A DNA stretch of 57,592 nt, the filler included, from Basidioascus undulatus (taxonomy: Eukaryota), in the NCBI GenBank assembly GCA_000826855.1. It is 4 parts of 4 records of this genome, joined end to end, with 100 filler letters (N's around TTAATTAATTAA, not from the genome) between each part and the next. Parts side by side here need not be neighbours in the genome. Positions count along the whole stretch, not along the records: positions 38,539 to 57,592 come from JTLS01000882.1; 3 more parts are not named here. One strand, given 5' to 3'. A model generated the notes under the pieces. It had not been told where the DNA came from and searched no databases. It saw only the letters and a list, made by a program, of their open reading frames with translations. The position numbers were made by a program, and so were the translations under genes. Positions 40,499 through 53,689 of the stretch are shown one piece after another. Position 1 is the stretch's first letter. Each line of letters opens with the position of its first letter.

Positions 40499-41958
40499 TC
40501 ACCGCAGCATCGTCAGCGCCCCCTTGCCGGAGATATCGAAATGATTTTGCGCACGAACGGCACCGTCTCGGGCGGCAAGTCGCTGCGGTTGAACCAGTTC
40601 TCATGGACTTGCGCTAAAAGCACAAACCAAGATCATCTTCATCAGAACGACTCTCAACTTTCCCGAGGATGAGATAAGGAAGCCACTGACCCTTGACATG
40701 CATGGGCAGCTGCACCCACGCAACGGGCTTCGTGAACTCCTTCGTGTCGATGATGACGAGGTCGCAGCGGTTCGCCTTGACGCGCTCAAGCAAGGAAGCC
40801 GTCGCCCTCCGGCGCGTCCGCGGTGCGGGGGATGAACGCTGGCTCTTGGACGAGGCAGTCATCACCTCTGGAAAGACGACCAAGTCACGCAGTGTCAGTC
40901 GGCCTGCTCGCATCGTCGATGACCCACTTGAAATTTCCCCATGACTTACGCATACCACCAGTACTGCGTCTGGCGTGCTGTGGTTGTGGCGAAAACGGCA
41001 TGGACGCACAGATATTCTTCCCGCCGTCCGAGCGCTGACGAAAACGTCCAGCCACACAATGCTGTACGGCTTGCCCATGAGCCGCTCTGCCGGAATAAAT
41101 CATTGAAACCATCATGTCAGCGCGGCAGAAACGAATGCTGGCTTGACATTCACGCACCGTCGATGCGCGGGAACTCGCAAGGAACGTCGAGGATGACCTC
41201 GGGTCGGGTATCATCGCTCCCTCAGGGAGGTTGGTGTCAAAAGACCACCTTTACATAGAAACAAACTATCGTGAGCTGCCGCTGTACAGCAGGCAGAGAA
41301 TCATGATTCGAGGGTGAGCCTACCTCACGAAGTCCACCTTCGACTCCGGGTTGGGCATGCGGCCGTCGTCGGGCAGGAAGAAGGGAAAGCCGTTGTCGCG
41401 CAACCGGCTGCTCTCGACCTTACTGTACACCCAGCCCAAGATTTCAGTCAAATAGTCAGGGAGGGAGTAAGTGGCGCGGCTGAAGGAACTCACATCGTGC
41501 CGTTTCGTCCTCCCACGCGGAGGCGGTGTGAATGTCTGACAAGCCCGGGAAGTCAGTCAGTCACGGCTCAATCTCAGTATTCAGGGGATAAGTCATATAA
41601 AAAGAAGGGTTAAACGCACCCATGCAGTTCTTTCAGACATAGTGCCTCGTCTCGCCCGCCTTCCAAGTCGGGTTCGCAGGCATCTTGCGACGAGGGACGA
41701 CAATAAACGTGGCCCCTCGATTGTAGTCATAGGCCGTGAGTAAGTTACATAAAAAATTGTTGAGATCATCAGAACTGGTCGTCGGGCCGTCAAGAGTGTA
41801 GAGACTGACCAGTGCTGCCCGCCCGCCTTCATCCGCTCCACGTTTGCCTCGAACGGCCAGATGAAGATGATGAGGTAGTTGGTAGTCTTCAAGATAGATA
41901 GTCAGCCAGCGATATTCCTACCCGAGTGACCAGAAAGTTAACTGACAACGGCGCAGTC
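40499..41958 (-). pseudogene. Carotenoid/stilbene cleavage oxygenase (RPE65 family, Cao-1/Rco1-like) C-terminal half, disrupted
   Basis: [85 protein letters not shown] / frameshift / [31 protein letters not shown] (HGNW is HENW). The N-terminal half is absent. Confidence 0.85.
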
Positions 41959-42349
41959 CTAAGTGTGTTTCCCTTTCCCTTTAATTTCTCTAATTTCTGC
42001 GGGTGCAGCGACTGACCCGCTCTCTCTGATTCGCAGGCTCGACGTGCACGAATCCAACGACCGCAGCACCGCGACCCTCGAGCTCTACGGCGTCAAGAAG
42101 GAGGACATGACATCGCCCTCGACGGGGGGCGCCTGACCGTCTCGGGCGAGACCAAGTCCGAGTCAGGAGACGAGCGAGGGCGGCGGGCACATCGTCCGCG
42201 AGCGCCGCTTCGGGTTGTTCGCGCGCAGCCTGCCCGTTCCGCAGGGTCTCAGGTCGGAGGACATCAAGGCCAGAATCGAGGATGGCGTGTTGAAAGTCAC
42301 GCATCCGAAGGTCCAGGCGCCGACGGCGCAGCGCATCGCTGTTGAGTGA
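41958..42349 (+). pseudogene. Small heat-shock protein HSP20, missing nearly all of exon 1, frameshifted
   Basis: P K|intron 41963-42036|LDVHESNDRSTATLELYGVKKED / shift / DIALDGGRLTVSGETKSE / shift / HIVRERRFGLFARSLPVPQGLRSEDIKARIEDGVLKVTHPK...QRIAVE*. Not present in the ORF track. Confidence 0.88.
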
Positions 42350-42657
42350 GGTGAGTCTCCGGTGGACACTCTTTCCGTCTGCACCTTCTGATGCTCTTGA
42401 ACAGTGCTCCGTACAGAAATACTTCCAGCGTTATATTTTCGAATGTCTGCGCCCCGACCTTGTACACTCCCCCCGCATCGCATAATACCATGTCACTTTG
42501 ACTATTTTCATATATCATGGGAAATTCCGGAAGCGTCGTTCGATGGAATGGAGGTGGTGGGGCCGACGTTGAGAAGTGAGTGAGTTATCCGGACAACGAT
42601 TTGAAAAGCAGGCCAGTCAGTGTGTCGAGTGAGCGTCTTCATCCCCCTCCCTCTCAA

Positions 42658-43080
42658 TCATGGGCACGGCACCCCCGTCCGTCGAAGCACATAAACCACA
42701 TGCGCGACCTCAGGCGTCCACGCCCCGCCCTCTCCCCCTCCCCCCTCCTGAACCACAACCCTCTCCTCCCTCTCCAGCCTCCACAGCCGCCCCACATCGG
42801 GGACGCCCTCCGGTGCTCGTTCTGCAAGGAACGCGAAGCGCTCGGAGGAGTACGAGAGCGCGAGCCAAGTCGCCCCTTCGCTGGTGAGCGCGGCGAGGTG
42901 GAGTGTGAGGAGGGTGGGCGGGGGGATGGGGGAGGAGGAGAGAAGGAAGAATGGGGAGAATGTAGGGAAGGACGGCCTGGACGAGGAGGAGGATGGGGCG
43001 AGGGCAAGAGAGCGGTGAGCGAGCACTCGAGAGGGCGCGGGCCAGAAGAGGCTCGTGCTCGCGGCGGCGAACCAGGGGGC
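42658..43080 (-). pseudogene. C-terminal fragment resembling fungal EEF1AKMT4/Efm4-like SAM methyltransferase
   Basis: LLTLHLAALTSEGATWLALSYSSERFAFL...PDVGRLWRLER...PEVAHVVYVLRRT*. No SAM-binding motif I is recognisable upstream. Confidence 0.4.
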
Positions 43081-44071
43081 TGTCTGCGACGGGCGGATTC
43101 TGGCGTGCAGCCTGCCAGTCAGCCTGCTCCTCAGTACTTGCGTGTCTTCTCGCCTCTGTTCCTGCGCTGAAAATAATATTCCAGTCAAGAATGCACGCAA
43201 GACACATTTCATTCTCCAGACAGATTCGTGGTCATTGAAGGCGTCTTCTGCCAGGACGCCAGGGGGGCTCCTCAGGGAGGCATCCCCTCTAATGAAACAA
43301 GGAGTTCAGAGTATGCCCTTTTTAGGGGCTTCCTGTTCTGTGGTTCTGCGCATCTTGTTGGCTATAATAAAAAAAATGTGAGGATATAGAGTTGGCCACA
43401 TTTCTTCCGTGCAGGACTGCTGCTGATCAGCGTTATCAGCGCAGAAAGTACCGTCAAGACCCTGAATGCGAACCAACGCTCGAAGACTCTTTCGCAAAAG
43501 TCCACCTCACCCGCACCTCGAAAAGGTACTGAGGAGCCGCTTTAAACCTTCGCGAGGTGCAGCCACATTATTACTGACAGTTGAAAGGAAAATGTGTGTT
43601 TCAAAAGGCGCTGCCACGCAGCTTACCACGCACGACTCAATTCTCCGGGCCGGTCCAAATCCGGATGCGGGACCCTGCCAGCTCGACCCTCTGCTGTCCG
43701 ATTTTCTCCTTGCAACTCCAAGCCACCAGCTGGGCGCACGCATGTACGTTCAAATATATCCATGACGAGTCTCGAGATCAGAGGAACCGAGTGACTATCG
43801 AAGGTCAAGGCAGGCAGGCAGTGAGGTCGATACAGCGGCAGCTGGCGGGAGGAAACAGCCAACAAAACTGTGAGATGCGGGAGTGTAACAACAGGCATGC
43901 GAGTCTCGGGAAGAATGGAACACAAAAGAAAAAGAAGAAAAAGAGGTGGGTAACCGCCGAATGGTCCACCGAAGACGTTTGGTGCGTAGGCAAGCGAACA
44001 TGAGATTAGAAAGCAGGAAGTAGGAAGTAGGAAGAAAAGAAACGTGTGACCCCTGTCCTTCTCCCCACCCC

Positions 44072-47000
44072 TCACCGCCGCTCCCGAACAAAGAGGTGGA
44101 GCCACACGTACGAGAGCGCGATGAACGCTCCAAACGTGGTGAGCAGGAGGCCGACGTCGGGCCACCAGAAGGCTTGTGCTCGGAAGCCGAACGTCTGGGG
44201 AGGGAAGACACAGTATGAGCGAGATGTTGTGGATGGCGAGGGGGGGAAGGCTGCCTCACGCTCAGGATCGTTGCGGATGGCTGCGGAGACCGAAGCACAG
44301 CGTGGGCAATTGGTAAACGGAATCTAGACAGCAGTGCAACTCGTCAACGCACCACTTCAATGTCGAGCCCGAACTGCAAGTCAAAAGCGCGTCAGCAGAA
44401 GCGCATTTGTAAACGTATAGGACCGCGCAGCGCACCTTGTGCTCCTTGAGCTGGAGGTAGCGCAGCTCGTTCACAAGCAGGGCCTCGAGGCCTGAGTGGA
44501 AGAACGACGTGGTCTGGAGCCAGCTCACTCCCCACGGGATGGACTCGCGGTTGATGAGCATGCCAGCAAACAACAAACTGCCAGCCCGACCCCACCCTCA
44601 CGATCAGCCACCTCCCTCCTCCCCCTGGAAGACGAAGCAGGAAGACGCACTTGAGGAGCATGACCAAGCTGCCCACGAGGTTCGCGACGCCCATGTCGGG
44701 GATGACTATGGAGATGAAGAGGACGACGCTGGCGGCGGCGAGGTTGAAAAGGACTAGGACGAGGATGAAGCACCAGAACTGGGCGACCTGGGGCACGAGC
44801 CCGACGAGGCCGTAGACGATGCTGCCCAGGATGAAGGGCGGGATGACGCGCAGGGGCAGGATGTCGAACAGCACCTTGGATGTGAAGTACGTCAGCGGGT
44901 GGTAGTACCCGTTGGACCTGTAGCGCACATCCGCCATTTCCTTTCCGTTAGTCCGGGCTTCTTTGTAGGTTAGATGGATGGCGGAGAAATGGGACCGTAC
45001 CGCTCGCGCTGGAAGAGGATCCGCTCGTGCGCGAAGAGCCCGAGCGAGGTGAGGCACGAGAACCCGAACAGGCTGAGGACGAAGAAGAACAGGCCCATGC
45101 GGTTTTGGAAGCCTGATCAACCCCCCTCCCCACCTCAGCCATTGACATCTCAGTTTGTTAAGCCCTCTCAACGCACCAGCAATGTCGCTCGTCAAGTTCC
45201 GAAACAAGAAGCCGCAGAAAACTGTCGATCGCTCGATTCACATCAGTCCAGGCCGTTTTTCCACCGTTTCATATCCACCGGACTCACGGGCAAGGACGAT
45301 GGCGATCGCGTAATGAGCGAGCATGAGGATCGGGTTTCGGTAGAGGTTCTGTGTCCGTCCTACCCAAGTCAGCACCCATCACCCCAACAATCCTTGAAAT
45401 CCTTCGCCTCCCACGCACCTTGAACGCCCTCTCGCTCAGAATCTTAAACTGGGTCCACCACGTCGCGCGCTTGTACCCCCTGAGCCTGCAGACGTCCTCC
45501 TCCCCGTCCTCCACATGCCCATTCGGCCCACCACCCGCCGCCTTGATGCACTCAATCTCCTCCCTCGTCTCCTGCGCGATGTCGCTCGCGGCGTACGCGT
45601 CGACGAGGGCCGCCAAGCGAGGGGGGAGCGCCGCCTCGCCGTTCGCCCCGCCGCCGTTGACGCCCGCGAACGCGCCGCGCAGGCGGGAGAGCGTCGTGCG
45701 CCCTGAGGGGGAGGACCCGTCGGTCGATGACGACTCGCGCGTGCGCAGCTCTGTCTCGTCTGCGGTCAGACCGCGCTCCTCGTCCGGGAGCGCGAGGCTC
45801 GCGGCGTCCTCCGACGGGGCCTGCGCGGCGCGGCGCTCGCGCGGCGAGGAGCCGTCCTCCTCGGCCTGCATGGTGAGGTCGATGAGGTAGTCGGCGATGT
45901 TGAACCCGGGCGGGCACGGTGCGCCGATCCCCTCAAAGTACTCCTGGCACTTTTCGTACGGGCCCGAGTACACGGCCTTCCCGCGCGCGAGGACGACGAG
46001 CTGGTCGAAGAGGGCGACGATGTTGGAGCGCGGCTGGTGGATGGTGAAGACGACAGTGCGGTTGTAGTCGCGCGCGAGCGTCTTGAGCGAGTCGATCACG
46101 CTGTAGGCGTTATACGAGTCGAGGCCGGACGTCGGCTCGTCAAGGAAGATGATGGACGCTGTTTTGCGGGCGCGTCAGACCACTCGCGATGAGTGGAGAA
46201 GATGAGAGCTCACTCACGGGACGTGACCAGCTCGCAAGCGATGGAGACCCTCCTCTTCTCGCCCCCGGAGATCGAGCGATTGCCTAACCCCGTCCTCCAC
46301 ATCAGCTTCCGTCTTGCTCCTCTGCCGGCGCAGGACTCACCAGCCTCCCCGATCTTCGAGTCCCGAATTCCCAATATGCCCAGCTCATTCATCGTCTCGA
46401 GCGTCCTAAACTTCTTCGCCGCAAGGCTCATCTCCCTCGGCAACCTCAGGAGCGCCGAGTACAAGACCGTCTCGTACACCGTAAGCGTCGGCATCAGCGT
46501 GTCCTCCTGATCCACGAACCCGACCACGCGCTTGTAGCGCTTCTCGTCGATCTCCCGTCCATTGACGAAAATAGCTCCTCCGAGCGCGCCCCGCTTCTCC
46601 TTCCGCGCCAAGAGGTCGAGGAACGTGCTCTTGCCCGCGCCGGACGCGCCCATGATGGCGAGGACCTGCCCGGGCCGGACGGCGCCGGTGATGGAGGCGA
46701 GGACCCGCTTGCCGTCGATCGTATAGGAGAGGTCGGAAAAGTGCAGCGTCGCGGGGACGTGGTCGGCCATGAGCTTGGAGGACTCGTCCGAGGGGAGGGC
46801 GATCCCGGAGAAGCCGTCCGAGGAGGGCGAGCGCGCGCGGCCGAAGTACCAGATCACTTGGGGGACGTCAGTGGGGGGTGTGGGTGGGAAAGGAGGGGGA
46901 CATACATGCGACCGCGAGAAGGAACACCACCCCCGCCGCCCCCGCGCTCAAGGCGACCCAGAGCTTGTTGGTCGGCTTGGTCGGGCGCTGCCATCCCACC

Positions 47001-48556
47001 CCATCTATCAATCCCTGATTCTTCTTGGATACGTAACGAGGGGCGCACCTCGTACCCCGGCACTTGGCTGTAGTGCACGCACTCGCCCGCGTCGCAGTCG
47101 AGGGTGATGTACGGGTCGCCAAAGACGTCGTTGATGAGCGAGTTCATGGCCGACTCGCGGAACGTGCACCCCTGGCCGGTCTTGCACTGGAACTGGGCGG
47201 GGCCCTTGATCTCCTCGGAGAGGAAGTCGTCGATGTCTGTTCCCACCCCCTCCATCGATCAGTTTCAAGTGAACGAGAAGCAACGCAAAACATCAAGAGA
47301 AAGTGGGAAATGAAGGAGAAGGAAAGGAAGGAAGACGCACTGATCGACCCCTCCTCCCCGCAGAGCATCCGCCCCGGAATGCAAGAGCATATGATCTTGT
47401 CGCACTTGTAGTCGGTCACGTTCGCGTCGTACCCGCTCTCAAGCGCGCTCGTGCAGTTGCTCAGCGCGCAGTAGAAGCTCTCACGCTGGCCGATCCAGAA
47501 CTGGAAGGAGCACTCCTCGGACGCGACGTCGCAGTCGAACGTCACCTGCGGGGCGCGCGAGGGGAGCATGTCGTTGATCTTGCGGTCTTCCAGATCATTT
47601 CTCGTTAGTTTGTGTGAGGGGAAGGAAAAGAGGAAGAGGAGAGGGAGAGGGAGAGGGAGAGGGAGAAGGAAGGAAGACCCACTCGTTACATCGCACATCT
47701 GATAAACGTGGTCGACCGGGTACCCGCCCGTATAGCACGTCCCGTTCTGCCCGAGCTCCTCCGGCCCACCACGGGGCCTGAACCGCGCGCACGCGTCGTC
47801 CGTCTTGCACACTGCCCCGCCCCCTCTCCCTCTATCAACCTTCTGCCCTTTGGTTTGGGCAGAAAACAGCGCCGCGCACCATTGCAGTTCAACCCCGTCC
47901 ACCCCTCCGAACACTCGCACGACGCGTTCTCATCCTCGCGCGGGTAGCGGTTCCCCCCGTCTGCGAGGGAGCCGCATACTGTCCCACCCCACCGGGCAGG
48001 TGAGCGTACGGGACCGGGGAGGGGAAGGTGAGATAAGGCGTACGGGGAGAGAGACAGTCTTGCCCGCCGAAACCCGGAGGACACTGACATTGCCCGTCGT
48101 ATGGGTTGCAGTCGCCATACTATCGGAGGGGGTGGGTGGGTGAGCGGGAGGAAGGGGAGCCGGGAGGTTAGAACACACCTGCGCGCATTGGAACGCTGGT
48201 AGGAGGCAGTTGAAGCAGGGCGGACACTTGTCTTTATCGTCTGCCCCACCCACGCCGCCGTCAGTCACCAAACCACCATGCATACAACCCCCAACCTGCT
48301 TCCGCTTACTCACCTAGCGCTCCTCCGCCGCCCCAGGCCGACTGCCCGCCCGGTACCTCCATCAGCGCTCTTATTCTCAGCGTCTTCAAGATCGTTCACA
48401 CACCTTCTGCGAGAACCCCGCCGCCGACGGCTGGTCGACAAAGAGCGCGCCGGGGTGCAAGCTCCGGACCTGGCGGGTCGCGTTCGCTGCTGCGACGGCG
48501 GTGGGGATGAGGAGCGCGGCGGCGGCGGCGGCGGCTGCTGCTAGTGAGCGGCGCAT
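44072..48556 (-). CDS. ADP1: ABCG half-transporter with N-terminal EGF-like Cys-rich ectodomain (Adp1-like)
   Basis: Signal peptide; [27 protein letters not shown]; Walker [16 protein letters not shown]; signature [57 protein letters not shown]; ends LFVRERR*. Confidence 0.95.
47630..47672. repeat. (GGAGAG)n purine microsatellite in an ADP1 intron
   Basis: gaggagagggagagggagagggagagggagaagg. Confidence 0.7.
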
Positions 48557-48875
48557 GGTCGACGGGCCGCGGGAGTGTTTCTGTCGGCTAGAACAGTGGG
48601 GTGTATGCGTGCGTGGGTGTAAGAGATGGTGAATGGTGAGGTCGAAGGTTGGTACAGCGATCTTTCGCCAGGTTTCACCGCTCGCAGTCGGCGGCGCATC
48701 ACATGCGGCACTCGCGGGCCGGCCGGGGTAAACCGTGGACCACCCTCGGAAAATGACGTTTCGCCTGAAAAGGGATCTTGTCCTTCTCTGCCGTCCTCTC
48801 CACTCCGCCACACCACCACGTCGTCCATCTCCATCTTTTCACCTGGAACTACGATCCCGGATTAGATAGGCCAGC
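48557..48875. promoter_or_regulatory. Short divergent promoter region between ADP1 and TMA46
   Basis: About 320 bp between head-to-head start codons. Confidence 0.5.
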
Positions 48876-51134
48876 ATGCCGCCCAAGAAGCAGCAGCAGC
48901 AGAACAAGGCAAAGAAGCCCGAGGTCGACAAGACCTTCGGGCTCAAGAACAAGAAGCGAGGCCCTCCTTCGCTCTTCCTTCCCCGCTGTTTCCTGACTTT
49001 TTAATCTGGTTTGATGGGATTGCAGGGGTTCAAAGACCCAGAAGATGGTCCAGCAGATCAAGACGAACGAGTCCCACGCCGGAAAGAACAAGGAGACCGT
49101 CCGTCTCTTCCTCCCCCATCCCTCTTCACCAGCTCTCCCCTCTTCTTACCCTCCATGCCCTCCCGCAGCTCGCGAAGGAGAAGGAGCGCGCTGCGCAGGC
49201 GAAGGCCAAGCTCGAGGAGGAGAAGCGCAAGGCCGAGAACGCAAAGCTCATGAGCGGCACCCAGCTCCCGCAGAAGGTGCGATGCGCCGCTTCGTCCAAT
49301 GCCTTCCCCGCTCCCTCTTCTCCTCCCCCCGGCCACCCTTCCTCCGTTTTTGATCTCTTCCGCAGTGCGTTGGAGGGAGGAAGAGGACTTGCGCCCGGCT
49401 CATGTTTGTTTGGTGCTCGTTCCTCTCTGCAGGTCCCCTTCGGCGTAGACCCCAAGTCGGTCGTGTGCCAGTACTTCAAGGGTCCGTCTTCCTTTTTTCT
49501 CCCTTTTCCCTCTTCTCTTCCCCACCCCACTATCTCCCCACGCACCATCTTAACCTCCCTCCCCTCAGCCGGCTTCTGTGAAAAGGGCAAGAAGTGCAAG
49601 GTCCTTACCTCCCTCCACCCCTCTGTTTCTCTCCTTTCTCCACTCACCCCACTCAACCCAAACAGTTCTCACACGACCTCGACGCCGGCCGGAGTAGGCT
49701 TTCCCATTCCCCCACCCGCCACACCGTTTTCTCACTCGCTGGTTGCAACCCGCAGAGGTCGAGAAGAAGGACATCTACACGGATGCGCGGGACCAGAAGG
49801 ACGGTGGGTCGCTGGCCCTTCTTTCCTCGTTTTCGAAGCGGCTCGAGATGGCTTACGGGGCTGGCAGGTGAAGACACGATGGACAAGTGGGACCAGGCGA
49901 AGCTCGCGGACGTCGTGCTCTCCAAGCACGGGAACCCCAAGTCCACTACCGACGTGCGTCTCGTCTTTCCACCCCCCACCTCTGTCCCCTCTCTTCCCCT
50001 GTCGCTTTCCCATCTCTTGTCTGAGATGGAGCCGTACTGACGGAATTGGCACGACAGATCGTCTGCAAGTTCTTCATCCAAGCCATCGAAGACGGGAAGT
50101 ACGGCTGGTTCTGGCGTACGTCCTTCCCCCTCTCTTCCCCCTCTTCCCTCCCGTTCCCCCCATTCCCCCAGTCCCCCTCACCCTCACCCTTTCCTCCGCC
50201 ATAGAATGCCCCAACGAGGACGCCAAGACGGGCAAGACGTGTTTCTACCGACATGCGCGTGCGTCGCCCCCAGGCCTTTTCTTGCTGAGAAGGAGGAAGA
50301 AGAAAACTGATGTGGTAGAGGTGGGTGGATAGTCCCCCTTGGCTTTGTGCTCAAGAGCCAGAAGAAGAGGGAGGCGGAGGAGGCGAAGGGCAAGCGCGAG
50401 ATTACGATTGAGGAGTTCCTTGAGACGGAGGTGCGTCGTTGCTCCTTCCCACCTCCTCACCCATCTTCTTCTCCCATATCCTATTCCTTTCTCGCCGTTC
50501 CCCATCTCTACCTCCCCCCCCCAAATGCTTACGCGGACTTGTCCAACAGCGCCACAAGCTCGGCTCCAACCTCACTCCGGTAACCCTTGAGTCCTTCGCC
50601 AAGTGGAAGCGCGAGCGGCTCGACAAGAAGCAGGCCGAGGCAGACGCGTCGCGCAAGGCCAAGGAGCAGACAGCCTCGGCCGGCCGCACCGTCGGCATGT
50701 CCGGCCGCGACCTGTTCACGTTCAATGCCAGCTGGTTCGAGGACGAGGAGGCGGACGAGGACGGGGACGAGTGGGACTTGGCGGTGTATAGGAGGCAGAG
50801 GATGGAGGAAGGTGCGTCCTGCTATTTCTGTCCTTTCACCGACGTTGCGCATCCTTTTCCCCTTCCTTTCCCGTCTTTCCTCCTCCGTTCCCCGTCCCCT
50901 TCGTTGTTCCTCTGTTGTCCCTGTCTTAGGGGTGGTGGCTAGAAAAGCGTGGTTCTGACATCGTGTTTGGTTGGAAAAGACGAGCGGGAAGAAGCCGAGC
51001 GCATTGCAGGCTTCAACCGCGGCTTTGCGGAGAACGGCGCGGAGACGGGCCCGTCCGACGCGGGTGCGGATGCGGTCGACGGCGTGGTGGACGGCGTGGG
51101 CGAGCTCGCCCTCAAGGACAAACCGGGGGCGTGA
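48876..51134 (+). CDS. TMA46: Translation machinery-associated CCCH zinc-finger protein Tma46 (ZC3H15/DFRP1)
   Basis: MPPKKQ...[118 protein letters not shown]. Confidence 0.95.
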
Positions 51135-51578
51135 GTTGCTGGGTGCTGGAGGGACGGGAGAGGGGTGGAGAGATGGGGAGATGGGGAAATGGAGAGGAGA
51201 GGGGGAGGATGCATTTATCGGCTTGCTATGAGATGTGGGTGGCATCGTGTGCGGCCGGCCGGAAAAANGGGGGGGGGGGACCAGGAAGGTCTGTTTGGTA
51301 GGGCGGCGAGCTTGGAAGTGGCGGATTGTGACTCGCAACGACCGAACACAAGACGTCATTGCTTATTGGTTGAAATATGAGAACGGAATACAACGGAATA
51401 TAGGAACAAGAGCGCCCGCGAACGTGTTCGCCAAAGTTGTTTTACATTACAGCCACCACAGCGCCTCCCAAAACGCCAGCGCGTCTGTCCCCTTTGTTCA
51501 TGAGACGGCGCTCGCGCTCTCGCTCCCGACGCCGTCCTCCAGACCCTGCCTCGCCTCCTCGTGCCCGTACAGCCCGCC

Positions 51579-52613
51579 TAAGCACGGCAGTCCCTCAGCG
51601 CAAGGCAGAGGAAGAACAGCAGCGAGCGCCGCAGGCCAAGCGCGTCGCGGTGGTGGTACTTCGCAGTACGGAAGTCGGCGTCGAAAGAGATAATGAAGTT
51701 GTGTCGGATGTCGGTGAGGAGGAGGCGGTGGGTGTTGAAATGCTTAGCACACCTGCCAGACTGTCAGCCGAGAGAGGTCAATCAGGCTGAATGATGCACG
51801 GCGGGGGACCGGGGGAAGAAGACCGCACTGGACGAGCTGAGGAAGGAGCTGAGGATGCGCTTCGAAGACGTTCTCTGAGAGCGTGCCGACTTTCTGGGCA
51901 TTCATCATCGGTAGCTCTTAGCATTGCCCTCATGATGCTAACGCAGGTGGATTTGCCTACCATGTTCTCGAGGAGGACAAGGATGTGCCCGTGCTATCGG
52001 ATCGGCTGCAGGCGAGTCCGCCACTCAGCGCGCCACTCATCCGCGTCGAGCCATGCGGACTCAATTTCTCGGGCGTCTTCCCTGAAGGAGGGTAGGCGTG
52101 CAGTGCGTCGGAATCTGAAGAGAACAAGCTGTCAGTGCAACTAGATTTCGACGAGGGGGGTGGGGGGGCATACGATCGATAAACTCCACGTCTTGATTTG
52201 GCAGCATGATGGGCTGGGAGGGAGGCTCCTTCGCAAGCAACCGCGAAGAGGTCCCGAGCGGCCATGTTGCGCGAACGGCATCGGCGTCAGGCCGTGGAAA
52301 AGCAAATATGGGCACAGCCGCGCAACTCACGCGGTGTCATATTCGTCGCGGAACAAGTAATCCTTGACAGACGCGGTCGGGTGCACAAGAGCCCGGTAAG
52401 CTTCAGGAAGTGGGGAGTCCAGGACGGTCTCGAAGAAGTGCGTCGCGTGGTCCAGGAACGGGGTGTGGCGGAGCTGGAGCTCGATAGGGGTGTCTGAGAG
52501 GAAGGGAGGGAGGAGGGAGATGCCTGCGAGGGGTTACGGACCGCGCAAAGCGTGTTGACGTCGGTGATTGGCTGGGAGAGGAGATCGCCGTAGGTGGGTG
52601 GGGGCGGGGTCAT
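51579..52613 (-). pseudogene. Hypothetical multi-exon gene with an in-frame stop
   Basis: Exon-like frames MTPPPPTYGDLLSQPITDV; PIELQLRHTPFLDHATHFF; WRAEWRTRLQPIR*HGHILVLLENMVG; HFNTHRLLLTDIRHNFIISFD..LLFFLCLALRDCRA*. Family not recognised. Confidence 0.4.
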
Positions 52614-53689
52614 GGCGGCTTGGAGGTGGTGATGGTGAGGGTGCAAGCAGTGGGTCGCCGAGCCCGACTCGAACGTTGCTCGTTGACTGCCACGCCTTGG
52701 ATGCACTTTTCCACATCGGATTTGGTATTCGCTCTGAAAATCTCTGAATAAGTCTTTCATTGCCGTGCACAACGCCATGTGGAGCCATTGGCGTGATTAG
52801 CCGCTTGGGGACGACAACTGTAGATGGCAGGCAGCCACTGCATGACGGGTGCTCGAGCCGGGCGCGATTGGCTCCAGCCACAGATTCACCCAGGCTCGGT
52901 CAGCTTTACAGTAAATTTTTCGTGAAGATTGGTGGGTCCGAGGGCTCCTGCTGGGCTCTATTGCCCAGACAAGCTGGCCGCTTTCGACTGTCGAAGCTGC
53001 TGCCGGCTACAGCGGTAGCCTCTTTCACCTCTTTACCATTTGTAGCAACGGGAGGCTGCTGTCCTGCTCACCTCATTTTCCGGCCGACGCAACGTACATT
53101 TAAGCATCAGTAGAACTAATCTTTTTCAGGCGCAGTCCTACCAACTAAGCTCTGTGACGCTGCATCACTAAACCCACGGCCATCGGTACTTCCCATTCGC
53201 TGGGTCATGGGCTGGTTCCCTGATAGAGGCGGAAATAAGAATTTCTTGTATTGCCGATAGGCATGGAGAATGTAGGTACATCAAACTCATCAAGGAAAAC
53301 CGGGCTCGAGTGCTTGGACTGGTGGTCCTGCCCACTTGTCGGGCCTGGTCATGCCCACACCACCCCTAAAATGTTGCCGCTAGACACACAATGAAAGTTA
53401 AATAAAAGAAGCCCAGACTTCAGCAGCTTCTCACGCCTTCCGAGCGGTCTTTGATCTCACCGCCAAGTACACCGTTTGAGACTGCCAGCCGGAGGCTTCT
53501 TCTCATCCTCCAACACCCTGCCTGGGACTTGGGTTCCTGAACTTGTGGTCATCATCGGCAACTGCGGGGATGAATTGAGCGCTCTGAGCTCTGAGAGTTG
53601 TATAAGAATTACTACCACCAGCGTAGCGAGTTCATCTGCTCCCTCCATCAGTTCTTCCATGGACACGAAATATCACGACCAACTCAGAA

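Noticed and set aside
42518..42534. GAAATTCCGGAA as a heat-shock element for HSP20
   Set aside because: It lies downstream of the gene and has only two correctly spaced nGAAn units.
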